Source: Sphagnum compactum (Eukaryota). Taken from it: a DNA stretch of 64,000 bases. The DNA lies in assembly GCA_965153455.1 (NCBI GenBank), contig OZ234493.1:248001-312000 (forward strand), read 5' to 3'. The position numbers and the translations under genes were made by a program. Positions 52,390 through 64,000 of the stretch are shown in pieces (position 1 is the stretch's first letter; each line of letters begins with the position of its first letter). The notes beneath the pieces are model-generated. The model saw only the letters and a list, made by a program, of their open reading frames with translations, was not told the origin of the DNA and searched no databases.

Positions 52390-53906
52390 ATGATTTACAA
52401 AAAAAAAACTTAGACTAAATTTCTTAGTATATGTATTATGCATAGTAATTACATTAAGGCATGTAAGTAATCATAGCATGTAACCTTTTCTTTTTTGCTT
52501 TATTTGGGTTAGTATGTTTTTCCTTTTGTTCTTAATTTTGTAGCAAAACTTTAAAATATGAACTCCTTATTTGATATTTTACACAATATTTCAAAAAACT
52601 TTGGTTCATCACCTATTCAATTATGGAGTCATGAAACTTATTGACATCATTTCTTTTTCTTCTATGAGTTGATGATGTGCAAAATGTGAATGAAATTGTT
52701 TCTTCAAAACACAATATGTACTTTGTTGAATCAGTATGTTGGATTTGAAATGAAATTGTTTAAACATTTTTTTACATCTTGAATTCATGTTGAAGGTTTT
52801 TTTTTAGTTTGTAATGTTGCCTAAGAATTGAAGTTGATGTGTTATTTGTCTTGTGTAGGAATACATTAGGTTTGCTTAAAATCTAAAACTCATGTTATTA
52901 GATGTTGCTATGAAGGTTTTTTGCATCAATGAAATTGATAAACATGAGTTTTAAATCCAATTTTGAATTCTTTTGATGTGTTTACTTGAGAAAGAATCAA
53001 AATGTGTGACTTCATGTGAACATCTATTTTGATATCTTATTCGAGTATTCAATTTTTGTTGGATTTCATTTGTAGATTCAGTTTTGGCTTATGAGTCATT
53101 TTTGTTCTTATTCAATGTTTGTTTAATTTGTCCACAACTTCAATTTTTACTTGAAAATTTTCTTGCTTTTGTTCATTTTATGCTCAATTTTATTAACATA
53201 TGGGATTTCATCTCATGAGATATTTGGTTCTTGTTTGTTTTTGCTCAATTTTATTTGCAGCTTTTATGTTAGCTTGTGCAATCTCTCACTTTTGTTTGTC
53301 TGTTTGCCTTTTTTTTTTTTTTTTTTTTAAACTTCAATCTTGGCTTATGAAATCTCTTGCTTTTGTTCATTTGTAAATCCAATTTTCATTTTGTGAGACC
53401 TCTTGTTCTTGTTGGTTTCTACTTGATTTGTTTACAACTTTGAACTTGGCTTGTGAAAAGAAACCAAACTTGATAATGAAGACGAAAAGATCAAAAACAT
53501 GCACAATTCACCATCAAAACAATCAATCATCTTGCAAAGTTGCAAACTGTAAACATTCAAAGTGTCTTACACATTCTATGTCTTGCAAGTTTCACAAATC
53601 ATGATTATCTCATCCCAACTCTTGTTGCAAACTTGAACAATGCATAACTTGCAAGCATTGTGTGTAACTTAGTTTAAATAGAAAAACTAATTAGCACTTT
53701 CAAATCCTTCATTAGGTCTTAGATCCATGACCATGTTAATTGAAACAATCAAACATTCAAACACATTGCCTTTTAGACAAATGATTCTTTTATGAATGAG
53801 AACCTTCAATAACATACCTTTCATGTTCATCACCATTTCATGAAGTGACTAAAACCTTTAGGGTTTTTCTATTTTTACAACACTTGATAATGTTTAACGA
53901 AACAAG

Positions 53907-54372
53907 CTAACAACAACAACACTAGTTTTTTTGTAAAAATTCAATTTGGCAAAAAAAACATATTTATTTATTTTTCCTCCCTTTTTAGAAGTTGGTTATT
54001 CCAAATTTTTTGCGGTTGAATTTTGGCTAACAACAACATGAGTTTTTTAAAAAATTCAATTTGGCAAAAACAACATATTAAAATTGGTTTTCTCCCTTTT
54101 TAGAAGTTGGTTACTCCAAATGTTTTGGGGTCAAATTTTGGCTAACAACAACACTAGGTTTTTAAAAAAATCAATTTGGCAAAAACAACATTTAAATTTT
54201 TTTCCTCCCTTTTGAAGAGTTGGTTCCTCCAATTTTTTTGGGGTTGAATTTTGGCTAATAACAACACTAATTTATTTTTAAAAAATCAATTTGGCAAAAC
54301 CAACATATTTAAATTTTTTTCCTCCCTTTTTAGAAGTTGGTTACTCCAAATTTTGTTGGGGTTGAATTTTGG
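53907..54372. repeat. Satellite-like array, ~118 bp x4
   Basis: CTAACAACAACAC...CAATTTGGCAAAAA...CCTCCCTTTTTAGAAGTTGGTTACTCCAAA...GTTGAATTTTGG repeats four times. Confidence 0.9.
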
Positions 54373-55197
54373 TGAAATTTCTAGTAAAATTAGAAATTGA
54401 GCTAACCACTGTGGTTAGCTAGCAAACTAGAACCGAGTTTGGAGAAAGAATAAAGGGTAATAGAATACGTGTGATTATGGATGAAAATGTGCGGTTTTTC
54501 ATCCATTTACGTAACTTGGGGTTTAAATAGTGATTTTGGAGGCTCGGAAAGGATTTTGATCAAGACCGTTTTTCTTGCCTACCTCCGAGGCGCTGCTGCC
54601 CATTCCCCCCTCCACGCATACGGTTCTCTCTCGCTCTCTCTCGTCGCTCACACCGCCGCTGCCCTCACAACACAAACGCACGCAACAAGATCGTCTCCTC
54701 CTCCTCCTCCTCCTCCCTCGCTCGCGTTCGTTGTCTCTTCAACCAAACAAACTCGGAATTAATAAAAGCCACGAGGAATTGAGAATCATGAATGGCGCGC
54801 ATGCGTGCAACCATAAAAAAAATTCTTCGGAAAAAAAACACAATTCCGTGATATGATTGTTTCTCTAAGTTGTACTGTATTCACAAGAAAAGAACATCGC
54901 AAAAATGCAAAAGATGCATCTACTAATACGATCTTGGACAAAGAGGAGAGGAGAGTTTGCGAGTTTGAGAGTTTGAGAGAAGAAAATATGGAAACTGGAC
55001 GATATTATTGTGTTCAAGAAATCTAAGACGGGGAGGAAGAAAGCAAGCGACAAGAAGAGGAGGCCCTCAAGACTTCCATATAGATGTTCAACGTAATGAC
55101 CATGGTGTTAATAGCGTTTCTTGTTTGGTGATCTAGATTGTTTTTGTTTGGTTTCGGACAGACCTGTTGTTGTGTTTTGTGCTTCGTTAAAGCGAAG

Positions 55198-57473
55198 ATG
55201 GCGCAGTACGTGCATCCCAAGCGCATGCCGTCCAATGAAGATCGGATCTACAAGGCCAGGCAATACGAAATGAAATTACAAGATTGCATACAGAATGTGA
55301 AAGAATATAAGCAGGCAATGTGTGCAGCTTCATTTGCTGCTGCGTCTGGACCTAAGAATGAACATCGATCATTGTCAGACAAGTTGGAGGCAATCCGAGT
55401 GTGTAGAGAGAAGAAGCTTCAATGTAGGCGAGCTAGGTTGCAAGCATTATTGGACGGCGAGGAAGAGCTTCTACAAGACGAGCTCAAGACAACCACAATG
55501 GGACTCGCTGAGAGAAGGCAATGGTTGGAAGCTCGTGCCAGGGCGTTGAAGCAAAAGAGATTACAAGAGAACGACAAGTACGCGGCAGAGCAACTGAATC
55601 GAGCATGGAGAGACAACGCTGATGACATTCGCATACACGATTCAAAGCTTTCCGTGCTTCGTGCCGTCGAAGGTCGTAAAAGGCAACTTGAGGAAGCCGT
55701 TGCAAGGAAGATATTGGAGGAAGAAGAAGGAAGGAAGATGGAGGAAACGATGGCACGCGAATGGCACTTGAAAGAACAAGCGTTACTAAGGGAGATCGAG
55801 ATGAAAGAAGCCAAGAAGATTGAAGCCATTGATATCCTTGATGAACAATTGTACATGATGAACGCTCTTCGGAAGGAGGAGAAGGACGCAGTGAGAGCAG
55901 AAATGGCGGCAATGAATGCAAAATGGAAACAAGAAGAAGAGGAGCTCAAGCTTCTACAACATCAGCAGAGATGTTATCAGGTAATATATTTCCTTCCTTG
56001 TTTTCCTTGTGCTCGTGTCCTCCATGTAGTAGTAGTGCCTTCAGAAAGCAGCGTCCAAATGCGCCACAAGGATGATGATAACAACAAGAAGTGTGTGTAC
56101 CTCCGGTGATGGCAGTTGGAGAAAGCAAAGGCTGTCGACGAGTTCAACAAGCATCAGAAAGGTCATAGAAACGCAGAAACGGCAAGAGACAAACAGTTCG
56201 AGGCCGATTGCATGGCGATGACAGCCGCAAGAGAAGCGGCGGAGATTTTGCAAGAAAAGGAATTGAAGGACAGCCAGAGGCGGGAGGCGAAGCAGTATGC
56301 AGCTCATTTACAAGCCATCATGGGAAGGCTTGCCGCAGATGAATCGATTAGGAATGCGGCCTACAAAGCTGAAGAAGATGCCGAATGGGCGAAAAAAGAG
56401 GCCGGTTGGAAACGTGAAGAGGACCAGCGGAAGCGTTTGTGGGATCGCGTACATGAGGAGAGGCAACAACAATTGTTCGAAAAAGGTGAACCGTTGTTCT
56501 TGTTGTGCACAATCTTTCTTCACCTTCCAACCATGTTGGCTTGCACAATGAAGGATCCTTTCAAGCAATCGAAGCTCCTTCTGCCACAAGGATTGTTAAG
56601 TATTCTCTGGTTGTTTGCAGAGAAAATTCGATATACGATTGAGGAGAATAAGAGGAATGAACTCGAACATAATGAAAGGATGGCAGCCATGCAAGAGGCT
56701 GAAAACAAAATGGCCATTGCTGCACACAAGAAGGTGAAATCTCACTTTCTTTCCTCAAAAGAAAGCTTGGTGGCAAGAGGGAGAGAGAGAGAGGAGGATT
56801 CATGAGAAGCACTTTGCAAAACTTTTGTGGCCTCTATTTGATGGCTCTGCTCTTCAGGGGCAGAGCCATTGTGACGCACCCAGAAACAGGCCAAAGTTTG
56901 GTACCCCTACATTCTAAAGGTCATGTGGGTTCTACTATAGAAACATCAAGGTTGGGGGAGGCAGGTTATGTCATTTTCTTGACCACATTATGAGACATAA
57001 TCTTCTGATGGTCGTCATACACTCATAATAATGGTCAGAATGTGTCTGTTGAACATGAATTTTTTTTAAACATTCAATCTGCCACCCCAGACCTTAACGT
57101 CATGGGATGGTCTCACCCTTGCCCATTATGTTGGGTGCGTCACCTGGCTTGCCCTGACGTGCTCGCCTAGTGCCTTCCCCAACATACTAGGCAGGGGGCT
57201 TCACCTGGCTTCCCCTGATGTGCTCGCCTAGTGCCTTCCCCAACATAATAGGCAGGGGCTTCACCATTCCATAGTTCATCCTTGGCACAGCTGAAGGATC
57301 CACTCAGGCTTCACCATGCTAACCACCATATGTTTCTGATTTAGTATGTTGAATATTTACCATCCTTATGGATGCCATTTGAAGGGCAGAGCCATAATGT
57401 GACAAGTCACTTGTTGTGATTTCTCTCTTCTATACCCGCTCCATCTTCTGCTGAGGGGGATTACCTACCATTT

Positions 57474-57522
<49 letters not shown>

Positions 57523-58187
57523 ATTTGTTTTCGAAATTAGCACAATTATTAAGCAAGTAGACTATTATGTAGAATATCAAAGTTTTGGATGTTCCTCAAT
57601 TATCACCAAACCTCACCCCATGAACATGGTTTGTTGTCCTGTGTGTGCATTTGGAAAACAGACCAAACAAGGACTGTTGGAGGACATTGAGGAACAAATA
57701 CGCAACAAGCAAGCAGCTGCTATCACAGTCAAAGAACAAAAACGTGTTGAGTTTGAAGGTAAGAGATTCCTTACCACAATCGACCTTATTAGCATTTACC
57801 ATTGTTCTACTGTCCTCTACTATCAAGAGATTAGAGCTTTTCAAAAGGTTCTCAAATGAAGCACAAGCTGTATTGAACAGCAATAATAATACAGGTGTTG
57901 AATGTCTCCTCCTCCTTCCCCTTCATATCAGGTCCTTATTACACAACTATCGAATCTCTGGACAACAAAGTTGAATCCTCCTCACAAAGAATACAGACCT
58001 CTACAGCTGTTGGTAACATGCCTCATTGAACACATACCTGACGTAAATTGCTAAAACTTTGTTCTGGTTTGCAGACATTGTGGATCAGGAGAAAAAGTAT
58101 GCGGACAAGGTGAAAGCGAACATCATATCAATGCCCTTCCCTGAACCCAATTTCAAGCATAAACTTGTGAAGTGGTATGAAGATTAA
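55198..58187 (+). CDS. CFAP53: Cilia- and flagella-associated protein 53-like (trichoplein/TPH coiled-coil family). Exons: 55198-55980, 56116-56485, 56621-56733, 57662-57758, 58075-58187
   Basis: Long E/K/R/A-rich coiled coil with RRARLQALLDGEEELLQDEL, ARARALKQKR, EQLNRAWRDNADDIR, EWAKKEAGWKREEDQRKRLW and a C-terminal HKLVKWY. All junctions are in-frame GT-AG. Confidence 0.8.
57141..57265. repeat. Intronic tandem duplication, ~59 bp x2
   Basis: CACCTGGCTT.CCCTGA.GTGCTCGCCTAGTGCCTTCCCCAACATA.TAGGCAGGGG occurs twice. Confidence 0.85.
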
Positions 58188-60272
58188 GGGTTCTTGCACA
58201 GTTATGTCAACCAGAAAAAAATACTCCAAATTTATATATTCATATAAACAGGATTTTGGTTGAACTGACTTTTGTAATCTCTAGTTAAACCAACAGCATT
58301 CAGGTTGAAGCATTAGAACTCAGGTGCTAAAGATTGACACACACAAAATTAGATTGATGTCACCTTCTCAAAATGGTTTGCACATACATATCTATCAATG
58401 TTGATGATTTTGACTACTACAAGCGAACATTTTTGTGCACCTAACATCCATTTGTCACTAAACTCGATGGCTTTTGCACAGCTTGTTATACTAGGAGTGT
58501 CAATGGTCCAATTCTCCATGACAAAACATGTAAGTACCAAATTCAGGTTCCCATATGAAGGGTCTCTTCTTGTGTCCTTTATCATGTATAGATACATAAA
58601 ACGTCAAAGTAGATATAACATGGCAGGTAGGATAAATGGTCACCTTACAATTGGTAGTGGATTCAATTTGCTGCTACAAGATCATGCTCGATGTTAAAAC
58701 ACAATCCAACTACAACTAGGTTGTCGGATACTTTAATCATCAAGCGTGTTGCAATGCATAAGGTTTCTCAGTCTGACTCCTCCAAAATAAGCTTTTTAAC
58801 CTTGGAGAAGAGGAGGACGTTACAATACTCAATTGTGCAAACTTTGCATCATCAATCTTTTTTCACCATGTGTTTGCCAACCCTAATACTTTGCATGTTT
58901 CGAATGTCTTTACTGTGTGCACTCAAATGATGGTATAGATTTTGTGGATACATGCGGTGCTTTCATTGCAAGTAATGAATAGTACCATGTCTTTTTTTCC
59001 ATCTCCACATGATACACACCATGTGCAGCATCTCCACACCGATACACCAAGTGACAATGCTATGCTTTTGAAGTCTTCTCAGGTTGTGCCCCTCTTGCTT
59101 GTCTTGTATTCCCTGAAAAGATTCTACAATCGCACTCTCTGTGATGCCATTGCAGCTAACTCTGTTTGAGCTTTGCAATGTGTCATGAAATGGACTCTTG
59201 ACTCAAAAAGAGACTGGCTTGTTGTGGAAGAGTTTGTTTCAATAATGGTCACTGCTGTCAATGATCATCGATTGCCACACATGAGAATAGTCATTGGATT
59301 TTGGTGAAAAGTTTTTTTGTTGGTGTTTGCTGCAACAGGGGTTCTCAATTCTCGCTTGCTGTGATCATGTGCATCATGCATGGACAAAAAAAAGATATGA
59401 GGGTTAGCTGTTTTGCTTGTGCATGTAGAAATCTGCCCATATAGAGGACGGCACATCTTGATACCAAAAAGAAAGCACAGATCTACATCACCTTCGGCAC
59501 TGAGAATCAACCATTAAAGCTCCGATGGAAAAATGGCCTCAAACAAATCCCAGGTGAAGTGCTACAAACCCTCCAACCTCTGTGTCTGGGTATCTATGTC
59601 TCTCTCTCACATCAGAACAGATCAAAACAGTCCCAAAATCAGGTCTCAGATTTGCACCAGTGGTCAAACTTATGTCTCCCCAGCATCATCAGGCTCAACA
59701 GCATCGAACCAAGACTCTCACATCAGGGTACTTCTTGCTTCCTGCAGAAGTTTGCACTACAGGAATCAATTGCACATGTCCGTTGCATGTGTTTTTTCTT
59801 TTTCTTTTTTTTTTTGGGTTGCATGATGGTTTGGTGTGTAACACTGATTCTTTTACTTGTTGCAAAGGAAGGATGTCTCCAGAAGTCAGATCTGCTGCTA
59901 TGCTTGTACAAGGCGAAGTTCGTCATGCAGGATAGTGAGAGAGAGGGAAGAGCGTTTGTAGTACCTTGAGGAACGGTGTCGGGGGTCAGGCCAGCCAGTA
60001 GGGATCATGAACGCCAACAGCTCGCCTTACGTGATGGTCACGGCACCTCTAAGCGCTCACGGATTCAGATCTTTCATTAGGTCACGATGTTGACGCTGCT
60101 GCTACTGCTGTGTTCCAACCAGGTCGATCAGGTTTAGGCTCTCGTCGTTGTCTTCTTCTTAAGAAAATCTTGTTCCTGATGCAGAGAGAAGACGATCTTC
60201 TTGGCTGGCAACGGATGGTGGAAACAGTGAACAAGAAGATCGCGGGAGAAGGGGAAGCAGATCTTCCTGGAG

Positions 60273-60495
60273 ATGGCGGAAGGCGATCGTCACCGAATAA
60301 CGGATCTTGTAGAATCGGCCACCATGTCGCCGGCCAAGAACCTGGACTTAGGTGTGCTTCACGACTTCAAAGCCATAGTCCGAGCATCAGACGCTAATGT
60401 CCGCATCGCTTTCGACCTCCTCTTCGACAAACTCAAGAAGAACAACTCCCAGGTTCTCCTTCTCCTTCTCCTTCTTCTCCAATTTGTTTCCAAAA

Positions 60496-60543
<48 letters not shown>

Positions 60544-63094
60544 TCTGTAGACTACTGCAAGAGCTTCTTGACTCAAAGCTCTGCTTCTTTCTGGTTTTTC
60601 CTCTCTGGTGTTTGTTTCTTTGCTCCGAGATTTCTTCCCACAGCCGGGGAGAAGAAATTTTTTCTCAAGTTGAGAAGGAAATCTTTCCGGGCTTTGCATG
60701 CTGTGTGGTGGCAGGTGCGGTACCTCACGCTGTTGCTGATAGATGAGCTCTTCAGACGCTCGAAGCTCTTTCGCTCACTTCTGGTTCCCAAATTCGAGAT
60801 GTTTATGCTTCTTACCATAGGTTACAGAGCTGATTACACTCTTCCAAAGCCATCTGATCGAGCCACTCTGCTGCGAGCCACCAGCATGGAGTATGTTGAG
60901 AAATGGAATGAGATGTTCGGGGTGCATTACAAGCCAGTGCACCTCGGATATGAGTATTTGAAGAAGACTCTTAGGCTTCAGTTTCCAAATGTGAGGGAAG
61001 CTGCTGCAATGGCTGAACGGCAGCGACAAGAGATGGAGGAGAGAACACAGGTATTTAATGCTTTCAGATCCAGCCAAGGATTAAGGTTTAGGGTTTATGG
61101 ACTATCTGTGTTGGAGCCTGAACCCTTTTTGCTTGTATGCAGGTACTTCTTCAGAAGAAGTATGAGAGTTTGATACAAGAGTTCCCTGATTGGAAGGCTG
61201 AAATACAGTCGACAATGGATCAGATGACAGAGTGCTTCAAGATACTTGTCCCGGAAGCTGTGCACCACCAAGGAGCTGCTAAGGAAGGAGATTTGAAGAA
61301 CATAGGGGAACAAGAAGAGGAGGATGAGTATGAAGAGTACGGGAATTCAAGTCTCCGACGTCAACTCCATCAACAAGCTGCGGAAGATAGTGATTTGCCA
61401 GAAAAGCCGGTATAGAAGTAAAACCACTAGCAAGAGTTCTGATGTCTGGTTCCAGCCATGACCCTTGCAAGCTCTCTCCCAGGGGAAACGCCTTCTTGTA
61501 GAAATTAGGAGTTGCATGTCTCAATGGTTTGCAGGGATGGCTTCTTGATGAATTTTTCAATGTCAATTCTTGATGTAGATTTGTTGATGCAGCGGGAGAC
61601 AGGCGAAAATGCTACCATTTTTGAAACACTGAGGGACTTGTACAAGCTTTTGATGATGCGGCATCTACCCAGCACACAAGAGTGGCTATCAACTCTCATG
61701 AGGGTTGATCCCCCCCAGGAGAAACAACAGCGTGATGTCTTCCTGAAGGAGGTCATAGACCTGCGAAGTGAGTTGCTGGCATTCCGCAAGCACTGTGAGG
61801 GCCTGGGTATTGAACTCTTGGAAGTGGGACAGGCAAGCAAGGCTTTGACTACTTTGGAAGATGAGGGTGAAGATGACATTATCTGGGAGGAAGGAGGTAG
61901 TGGGTTCAGTTTTGCTGAAGCAAAGAGTGTTTCCCAGTCTGTTAAGACTGATGAAGGTGAGTCTTTCATAAAGACACTGGTAGGAAGATTTGCAAGAAGC
62001 TTGTGAGATGTTGTGCCATGATTGTCATTGGATACTTTGTTTCCAGTCTGGTATGGTTGCATTTGAACTGTTTCTGGTGTGACTCCTCTTGGTTTTACTG
62101 TTGATTTGCAGAAGTAACCAAGAAAGCAGTAAGAGATGTAGCTGGTGCCAGTACAAGCAACTCGTCTATGATTGACCAGAAGCTTACATCCCACGAGATT
62201 GATGAGGGAACAGGTCTGAGACATGAGCTATTGAAAGAGGCTCCATTGCTCTCATGGGGTGCCTTCTTGGACACTTGGGGTGGTAGTAGTGACATGCCGG
62301 CGAATCAACGTGGCTTGCAGCTGGAGAATCACTGGGGTAAGGTGGATACGGAAGCAATCATTCCTGCTGACAAAATTGCAGAGTTGAATGTTCGCTCTAG
62401 TTACTACAAGCCTGTGAAGACAGAGATTCAGCCATGCCTGGCACCATTGCGGAATGGAGGCCTCTGCCAAAGAAGGGATTTACATCGGTGTCCTCTTCAT
62501 GGACCTATAGTACCTCGTGATAAGAATGGAGTTCCTGTTGGAGACAAATGCAAAAATGAGCAAGAGTCAGAAGAACACCACGTTGGTCAGATTAAGAACG
62601 TGTTGCTGGATGGTAATAATGGTGCAAGCTCTAGTGCACCAAGAGCAAGCAAAGATGGGGATGATCTTGATCTTTCACTGGCATCACAAGCAGACATAGC
62701 CACCCAAGCTATTGCAAATGTCAGAGAGAGAGATAAAGTTGACTTGAAGAGGAAAAGGGAAGAGCAAGCCAAGGCCAAACTGACACAATCTCGCAGAGAT
62801 CGAGAGCACAATGAGGCAGTGCTGCGGTCAGCTGCCATTTCACACAGCAGGCAAGGGTTTGGTGAAGCAATCGGCGAGAATTTGGATGATCCATTCATGG
62901 AAAATGAAGGTGGTTCTCGAGGGAAGAGGAGGAGGGCTAGGGGTGGGTTAGCTGCACTCCTGAAGAGAAAGCCCACAGCAAAAGACAGACTTGCACAGAG
63001 ACTTTTAAGTGGTCGAGTGAGAGATGCCACTATAAACCAACTCACAAGAGATGAGGATGCCAATTATAGGGAGGCTTTTCCTAATCAGTGGTAA
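60273..63094 (+). CDS. UVSSA: UV-stimulated scaffold protein A homolog. Exons: 60273-60452, 60715-61050, 61143-61409, 61593-61956, 62112-63094
   Basis: VHS-like NSQVRYLTLLLIDELFRRSKLFRSLL, LGYEYLK, APLLSWGAFLDTWG, ENHWG, zinc finger CLAPLRNGGLCQRRDLHRCPLHGPIVPRD, and terminal FPNQW*. Confidence 0.95.
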
Positions 63095-64000
63095 AACGAT
63101 TGAGAAGAACATATCCATGTCTTGAGATGTCCCACGAGATTTCCCCACTGCTGCTAAGCTTCTGGTGAAACAGTTAGTTTTCTGTGGAACTAATGCTGGT
63201 TACATTGAAGATTTCTGTTCAGCAAGAAGTATTGAAGCTGTTCAAGATTATGTGAGCACTCCATGCTTCATCCTTTTTTCCTCTCTTGCCAATCAGTAAC
63301 AATTTTGGATGCCATTATACATTTGCAATTGATGTAAATCCAATTACCACTTGTAGGGTGCATACATAGATTCACTGTTTTTGCTGTGTTCTCTGTCACC
63401 AAAATGTCTTCAAGCTTCAGAGGGTTGCTATTGAGAATTTTTTTAGGGTGTACTTAACCCTAAAAATGAGATCACTGGGTACTTGTTTGTTGCAATACTG
63501 AGGATGTGCAGGTTGTCTGTTGAGCTATGATTGATCCCAGTGTGAATGGGTGACATGAGTAATCAGTTCAGCATGGAAGTCTCCAGAACCAAGAAAGCAA
63601 AGGTATGCCACTGTATAGGTTTCCTTCTTGATTTTTTATTTTTTCTTCTTGGGTTCCCTGTCATGACAATGAATTAGATTATTTGATTGCCACCTTGAGC
63701 AGCCGCCTAGTATCATTGTCAATTTGCATTAGTATAGTTCTCTTCAACATTGATCTTCTTGCCTTTGCCATCAAAATTTATGGTTCACAGGTGTTTGATT
63801 GGGTGGTATCTTGTTTGAGTGTGAGCATGAGCAAAGTCAAGGATTGATATTCATAACCATTTTCATAACACAAATTAGTTCAATGGAATTGAAAGTGAAT
63901 TGTGATAGTAGTGCCTTTTGGCCCTCTTGAGATAGGACCTTACTTTCAGAAGACAGTCTCTTAGGTAGAATGCAGTTGTTCAAGGTTTTCCATTTCTCTG

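Noticed and set aside
59640-59695. C/D box snoRNA on the minus strand (TGATGA...CTGA)
   Set aside because: Spacing is only about 45 nt, the terminal stem is weak, and I recognise no rRNA antisense element.

Overview
Eukaryotic land-plant nuclear DNA, most likely a moss. The evidence is GT-AG introns, telo-boxes, GA/CA microsatellites, plant-type gene families and a ciliary CFAP53-like gene. The Sphagnum-like assignment is my inference only. Intron-containing genes assembled by hand: 5' part of UGGT (-), a DUF6817/HD-like protein (+), a KIN-14U-type kinesin (+), a membrane-anchored RD protein kinase with an unannotated spliced C-terminal domain (-), CFAP53-like (+) and UVSSA (+). There is also a single-exon F-box/kelch-type gene (-) and a 1052-aa orphan low-complexity ORF (+). 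The AT-rich intergenic blocks (about 20.5-33.3 kb and 45.4-54.4 kb) hold decayed mobile DNA: a Crypton-like DUF3504 tyrosine-recombinase relic, a ZNF862-like hAT relic, MITEs, a probable non-autonomous Helitron, a 5'-truncated LINE and a solo LTR, plus many minisatellites. The best leads are the Crypton-like relic in a plant, the kinase fused to a possible DUF868-like domain, the putatively myristoylated F-box protein, and the G-quadruplex-type acceptors and GC-AG intron in UGGT. All family calls rest on motif recognition from memory; no database search was run.
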